This document shows positions 57,560 to 64,000 of a stretch of DNA of 64,000 bases, piece after piece (position 1 is the first letter of the stretch; the number at the start of each line of letters is the position of its first letter). Below the pieces are notes generated by a model. It had not been told where the DNA came from and did not search any database. It saw nothing but the letters and a program-made list of their open reading frames with translations. The stretch comes from Eledone cirrhosa (Eukaryota). The translations under genes and the position numbers were made by a program. Where the stretch lies: positions 66,278,001 to 66,342,000 of the forward strand of contig OZ024742.1 in assembly GCA_964016885.1 (NCBI GenBank), read 5' to 3'.

Positions 57560-57890
57560 AAATATCACCCTATCCGTTTCGTTTCCAATAAAGAACGATT
57601 TATTACATACAACACACCATGTGTGTATGATATCTTTCATCAGAATTTTTATCTATTTTTTCATATGTGAATCAAACGAAAGCGAGCTACTTGCCGCCAT
57701 TTCTGTCTAAATATCTAACATTGAAACTGAATTAAGAAGAAACTGACAAAATACTATAAGACATTCCAAAAGATCATTTACAGTTCATATTAAAACAGCT
57801 GGAGATAATCAACGTCCATTTAAAATGTCGTCTAAAAGTAATTTTGGAATCTCAAAATATCTGATAATGTAAAAAGAAGAGAACATCTGA
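57560..57890. repeat. Old dispersed repeat (copies ~34920-35170, ~49130-49200, ~59560-59895)
   Basis: Shared tttccaataaagaac...tgatatctttcatcag...cagctggagataatca. Confidence 0.7.
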
Positions 57891-58575
57891 TGAAAACAAA
57901 TGTGAGATTATATTGAATAAGAGATTGTTTCAATGCTGAATTAACAGACTTCGTAGCCGTGTACAGCTGATCACTTGTTATTTCAGTGAGGAACCATGCT
58001 GAATGGACAAAAAAATCTTAGAATCTCGGAAACGAGCAACACGAACCAAAGCACGTTTGATATGTGTAAGAAGAAATGTGTTACAACAGTGTTAAACGTA
58101 ACTTTCAATATATATATATACAAATAAAGATTCAGCGAGAATCGCATTTTCGGCGGGCAGGAAAAACGAAGCGAAACGCAAAAATCAGAAATGATACTGG
58201 CAAAGTGCTCAATAGTTAAAAACCAGAGTTAAACAATGTGCTAAGAAGCCATACAAAACTGAAAAGGTGGTCAAGAAAGCATTAACCACCCAAGCCATAT
58301 ATATATATCATATATCAACATATATATCATATATATATATATCAACAGATTCAGGAACTCAACGGCTGAGCTCCGACCGTTCCGAAACGGATATCCTTAT
58401 CATTAAAGAAGAGGACTAGATCTACCAACTCATAATATTATAGTATCATAAAATTAAATCAAATTGCTTAGAACTACAAGTGAAGTCATTTTTTTCCTAT
58501 TTTTCAAATATACCTAACTGTACGAAGGATCTCACACATTTTCCAGTATATATATATATGTACACACACACACAT

Positions 58576-58674
<99 letters not shown>

Positions 58675-58694
58675 TATATGTATATACGTATATA

Positions 58695-58957
58695 AGCCAG
58701 AAGGTTCATTTGACCGGTGCTTATCCCGGTTTCATGGCGAGAAGTGACTGAAAATAAAAGACTCCCCCTGGACAGGGCGCCAGTCCATCGCAGGGTTAAC
58801 TCCCCCCCAGCTATTGCTGGTACTTATTTTCAGCTGAGTATACTGGAGAAACGTGAAATGAAGTGTTTTGCTAAAGAACACAACATGCAACCCAGGAATC
58901 GATCCCATGGCATTACGATCGTAAATCCAACACCCTTATCATTAGGCTACATGCCCC
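58695..58957 (-). mobile_element. Second tRNA-derived SINE family (V-domain-like core)
   Basis: Minus strand: tagcctaatgata (A-box-like), gggatcgattcc (B-box-like), gttgtgttctttagcaaaacactt, ccctgcgatggactggcgccctgtccagggg. Confidence 0.72.
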
Positions 58958-58961
58958 TACA

Positions 58962-59029
<68 letters not shown>

Positions 59030-60754
59030 TATATATATGTATGTATATATATATATATATATGTATGTATATATATATATGTATATAATTAGTTACAACA
59101 GTTATAATTAACTCGTCGTATGTTCCGAGTGCTCTTACCCGTGGATATTTTTGCCAAACTGTATGGGTGTGTGTGTGAAGGGGTGTGTGTGTGGGGGGGG
59201 GGTGGGGTGTGGGGGTGGGGGGGGGGGGGGTGAAAATATAGCTATTCCTGCTTGAGAAAAAGAATCTTAATTACTATGCTCATTAATTATGTGCTGGTCA
59301 TTTGTTGATAGGAGCGTTCTTTTTGCTGTGGTGGCGTTGCTCTGAATGAGGTAGAAGTAGTTGAAGTGGTTGGAAATATATAAATGCATTCGATCTATGT
59401 ATTTGATTATATATATTATGAATAGTACATAGAGACAAGATTGGTACATGTTCTTTGATACCATAGAAATAAAATGGATAAATGTGCTTCGATAGTATAG
59501 ATACGACCTTGGTTCATGTTCTTTGATGTAAAGATGATTAGTTCTGTATGCTTCATGTAATTTCCAATAAAGAACAATTTAATACATTTCACCATGTGTA
59601 TATGATATCCTTCATGAAAGTTTTTATCTATTTTCTCATATGTGTATCACATGGCAGCCAACTACCCACCGCTATTTCTATCTAAATGTCTAACGTTGAA
59701 ACTGAAGAAGCAATTGGTAAAAGACAAGATAAAAAGAAAAAAGTAGACGAACAAACAAAGAAAAAACGCGAATAAAAAGTTCCACAAGATCTGATCTACT
59801 CCACATTAAAGCAGCTGGAGATAATCAACGTATATTTAATCTGTGGTCTAGCAGCAATTTTGACATTTTAGAATTTGAAAATATCATATAATGTAAGATG
59901 ATGTGTGCATAAAGTAAAAAACTAAAGTGAGCTTTTTTTTGGATACCAGAACGTTAGAGTACTAGCTGTTGTAATCTTTTTACAGTTTAATCAGGAATGG
60001 AATTGCAGATTCCATAGTCCTTTATATCTGAAGTGGGGAAGTGAGGAATTAATCCCCAAACTAGCAGTGTTGTTTACAATTCTTACAACAAAGCTAATCC
60101 AGCTATAGGCTTGCATGGACGAGGTGGCTGGGTTAAATTGGGAAACAGACTAGGTATACGAAGGACGAGTAAACAGTGAAAGACATTTGATACACAAACA
60201 CTCATTTATTCTATCGCACAGAAAGACAAAATTAATTTCTGGCGATTTTTAGGACTCAATATCTCTGGAAATGTACTACACAAATAATTTAACGATTCTC
60301 ACTATTCATCGTTTACATCAAATCCTCTGATGAATATTGGGACACATAAAATTGGTATGTGGAGGAAAAGCTGTGATGTTGGAAGGAAACATATATTATC
60401 TCTCGAGGGATGAGCTAATATCTAGTGGCTATATCGGCGTTAAATATTGTCTTCAGTAAGACAATATAGAAGCACTTCCTCCACGTCATATATTCGGTTA
60501 ATAATAAATCGCAACTATTCGATATACTATAGGATAGTATGCTTATATGTATACAGGAACAAATATAACGAGGCTTGTAGATTTAAAAATTACATACATA
60601 CACATATACATATATACATATATACACATACCCGTATTAATATAAATATATACACACATATATACACATATATAATGAAAAAAATAATTCCTTACTCTAG
60701 ACATTAGTTTTGCAAGAGTTAACTCCCCTGATCGTGCCTATTATTTTTGCGCAA

Positions 60755-60930
60755 TTGGCAGTATCGGTAGAGGGTTGGGCGCCATGCTTTCTGGCATAGT
60801 TACGTCCCTTTACGGTTTGAGTTCAAATCCAGCTGAGGTTAACTTTGCCTTTCAGCCTTACGGGGTCGATAAAATAAAGTACCAGTAATATACTGGGTAA
60901 TTGCTGGCCTTGTGCCTAAAGTAGAAACAA
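60755..60930 (+). mobile_element. tRNA-derived SINE
   Basis: ttggcagtatcgg, gagttcaaatcc, core and tail. Confidence 0.88.
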
Positions 60931-61294
60931 CTGTTTATAACTACTTTCGTAATTACCTGACTTTGTTATCACTTTTTTTTAATAACAGGCTGAATGAGTT
61001 GGGGTACATAAGCCAACGAAACTTAAGTACGTGTATATGTCACTGTTGTAACTTTATATATATATATAAGATTAGAGCAAACATATATATATATATATAT
61101 ATATATAAGATTAGAGCAAACATCACGGGCGATCTATCTCAAAATTATTTTTGAAAAGCATTAGAAATGCGCAACCGGCAAAAACTTAAACCTAAAACTG
61201 AATACTAACCAATACTTATTACTAATTTTTACTTATTCCTAATTAAACTATTTTTCACTGGGAAAAATTTGTCCTCATTTTTGTTTTCCTTTTA

Positions 61295-61355
<61 letters not shown>

Positions 61356-61357
<2 letters not shown>

Positions 61358-63057
61358 TTAGTCCTTCATCAGTGATCTTCCAACCATCATTGGTATTTCA
61401 TCGCTTTAAAGACCATATACCTCCGGTTGGTGCGAGCAACGGCTAAAAAAAGTCGTTGGGACACGTAAGTAAAGGGGACACGAGAGTGTAAACAAACAAA
61501 GATGGTGAAGCAACGAAAAGTGAGGAAGAAGGAGTCAAGTCCCAAATTTCCATGAATATAAATTCGGTGAAATCGTGAACGAGAGAGAATAAAGACCATC
61601 AAACCTGGTTGGAATGTGAGCAAGGAAGGAATTCCGTACAGGTCTAACGGGAGGAAGAAGGGATCTAGTCTGTGAATTCGGTGAACGTAAGTTCTGTGAA
61701 ATCGTAGACGAGAGAGAGAAAAAAAGCGACCTGCCTGACCAAGGGTGCGAAAGAAAAGAATTAGGCACAAGTCAAACGGGAAGAAGGAGGAGGAGGAGGA
61801 GAGGTAGTAACAGAGAATGAGTGAGTGAAAGGTGAGGAAGAGGCTAACAGAGAGAGTGACTGCTAGAGAGGGTAAAGATACAGAGAAAGAGGAAGCAGTA
61901 CACTGCTTCCTCTTTCTCTGTATCTTTACCCTCTCTTTACCCTTATCTTTACCCAGCAAACTGCTTTCTCTTTCTCTGTATCTTTCGCACCCTTGGTCAG
62001 GCAGGTCTTTTTTTTCTCTCTCTCCTCTACAATTTCACAGAACTTACGTTCACTGAATTTACAGACTAGATCCCTTCTTCCTCCCGTTAGACCTGTACGG
62101 AATTCCTTCCTTGCTCACATTCCAACCAGGTTTGATGGTCTTTATTCTCTCTCGTTCACGATTTCACCGAATTTATATTCATGGAAATTTGGGACTTGAC
62201 TCCTTCATCCTCAATTTTCGTTGCTTCACCATATTTGTTTGTTTTACTCTCGTGTCCCCTTTATTTACGTGTTCCAACGACTTTTTTTAGCCGTTGCTCG
62301 CACCAACCGGAGGTATATAGTCTTTAAAGCGATGAAATACCAATGATGGTTGGAAGATCACTGATGAAGGACTAACTTTATTCATATGTAACCCATTAGC
62401 AACGACGTAGCACGTTTATTCTCATATTTACACATATTTTTTCCCTCGCTGTGACGCGTCTATTACGTTCTTACGGCTTCCTCTTTCTCTGTATCTTTAC
62501 CCTCTCTAGCAGCCACTCTCTCTGTTAGCCTCTTCCTCACCCTTCACTCACTCATTCTCTGTTACTACCTCTCCTCCTCCTCCTTCTTCCCGTTTGACCT
62601 GTGCGTAATTCATTTCTTTCGCACCCTTGGTCAGGCAGGTCCCTTTTTTTCTCTCTCTCGTCTACGATTTCACAGAACTTACGTTCACCGAATTCACAGA
62701 CTAGATCCCTTCTTCCTCCCGTTAGACCTGTACGGAATTCCTTCCTTGCTCACATTCCAACCAGGTTTGATGGTCTTTATTCTCTCTCGTTCACGATTTC
62801 ACCGAATTTATATTCATGGAAATTTGGGACTTGACTCCTTCATCCTCAATTTTCGTTGCTTCACCATCTTTGTTTGTTTTACTCTCGTGTCCCCTTTATT
62901 TACGTGTCCCAACGACTTTTTTTAGCCGTTGCTCGCACCAACTGGAGGTATATGGTATTTAAAGCGAGGAAATACCAATGATGGTTGGAAGATCACTGAT
63001 GAAGGACTAACTTTATTCATATGTAACCCTTTAGCAACCACGCAGCACGTTTATTCT
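61356..63057. repeat. Inverted plus tandem triplication of a ~550-bp unit between (TA)n tracts (PLE-tail-like architecture)
   Basis: 61356-61897 (-), 61983-62425 (+) and 62476-63057 (+). Local hairpin at 61865-61936. Confidence 0.85.
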
Positions 63058-63093
63058 CATATATATATATATCCGACTCAACCCGGGACCTAC

Positions 63094-63136
<43 letters not shown>

Positions 63137-63250
63137 AACGAGTAGGACCCCGACGGCTGAGCTCAAGCCGTTTCGACGGCTAATTCTGGACTAAGTATTG
63201 AGTTCTTTGGTGCGTTATGGTCCACTTGGTTCCTTATCACATTTCCTCCG

Positions 63251-63306
<56 letters not shown>

Positions 63307-63412
63307 CGTTTCTGAATTCATTTAGCAAGATTCTTTATCTGAAAACGTCTGTTGAAACCGATATTGTTATACTTTGGGAGGGTGATGTAGCCAATAAGAA
63401 ACACACGCACCA

Positions 63413-64000
63413 GTTGCTTTCACTTCAATTTATTAGAAATTAAATTTATAACTTTAGGAACTTATAAATTTCCAGTTGGTTGGTTCCACAACCAGACGAG
63501 TGTTCATATATTGTAAAAGTTCTTTCGTCACACATTCTACGACCTCTTCAGTGACTGGGGATTCTTTTCTTTGTTTTTGTGCCTCTCCTTTGTCCTGTCC
63601 TACGCCATCTTGTTTTTGTGCGTGTTGTGTGCTTAGTGTGCGCATGTGTTACATCCAGGTGTCTGTATGTGTTTATATTTGTTTTTTTATTTGTTTATTT
63701 ATTGTTACTTGTTGATTGTTTGTTCTATGTGTGTGTGTGTTTTCATTTTGTCTGTTCCATTCATGTTTTTTTTTATATCCAGAATAATGAGAGATATTTC
63801 AAGGGTAATCGTCTCTGCTGATAAACCCCTGGGTATGGGTTTGGAAAAATAGTTTTATCTCACTTAACATTCGGAAATGGAACATATCGATATGGTTCGT
63901 AGGGTGCGGATATGGAACCAACCAACCAACCAACCAGGCGGAAATTTATAAATTCCTAAATTTATAAATTTAATTTATAATAAATTGAAGTGAAAGCAAC
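63413..64000. repeat. Inverted repeat pair running off the window end
   Basis: gttgctttcacttcaatttatta...aaatttcc at 63413-63473 is the reverse complement of 63940-64000. Confidence 0.8.

Noticed and set aside
62361-62400. CTGATGA hammerhead core (also at 62996 and 61366 minus)
   Set aside because: No stem II/GAAA arrangement; a type II reading fails at the A-U pair.

Overview
AT-rich, microsatellite-saturated animal DNA, most likely an octopus/coleoid cephalopod (inferred from the SINE family and repeat landscape). No host gene is securely identifiable apart from one candidate 100-bp terminal exon. Most ORFs in the track are microsatellite translations. Real content: (i) four 5'-truncated Penelope-like elements (PLEs) with a CxCx5Cx5C linker and GIY-YIG endonuclease (Hydra-clade-like), sitting in (TA)n, three with inverted tail copies, plus minimal hammerhead ribozymes; (ii) an uninterrupted R4/Dong-type LINE ORF in (AAT)n and a second Dong fragment; (iii) an internally deleted L1/Tx1 LINE nested in a PLE; (iv) a decayed RTE LINE and three RTE-5'UTR-like fragments, one with an HDV-like ribozyme fold; (v) about ten tRNA-derived SINEs; (vi) many fold-back palindromes. 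The most striking signal is at 25191-25580: this repeat copy differs from its two sister copies by roughly 45 strand-specific A-to-G changes (hand count) that spare A preceded by G. That is the ADAR hyper-editing signature, here written into genomic DNA. It is adjacent to a 2.8-kb (TA)n-like tract with the same strand bias. Together these suggest reverse transcription and genomic fixation of A-to-I hyper-edited RNA, unless it is an assembly artefact.
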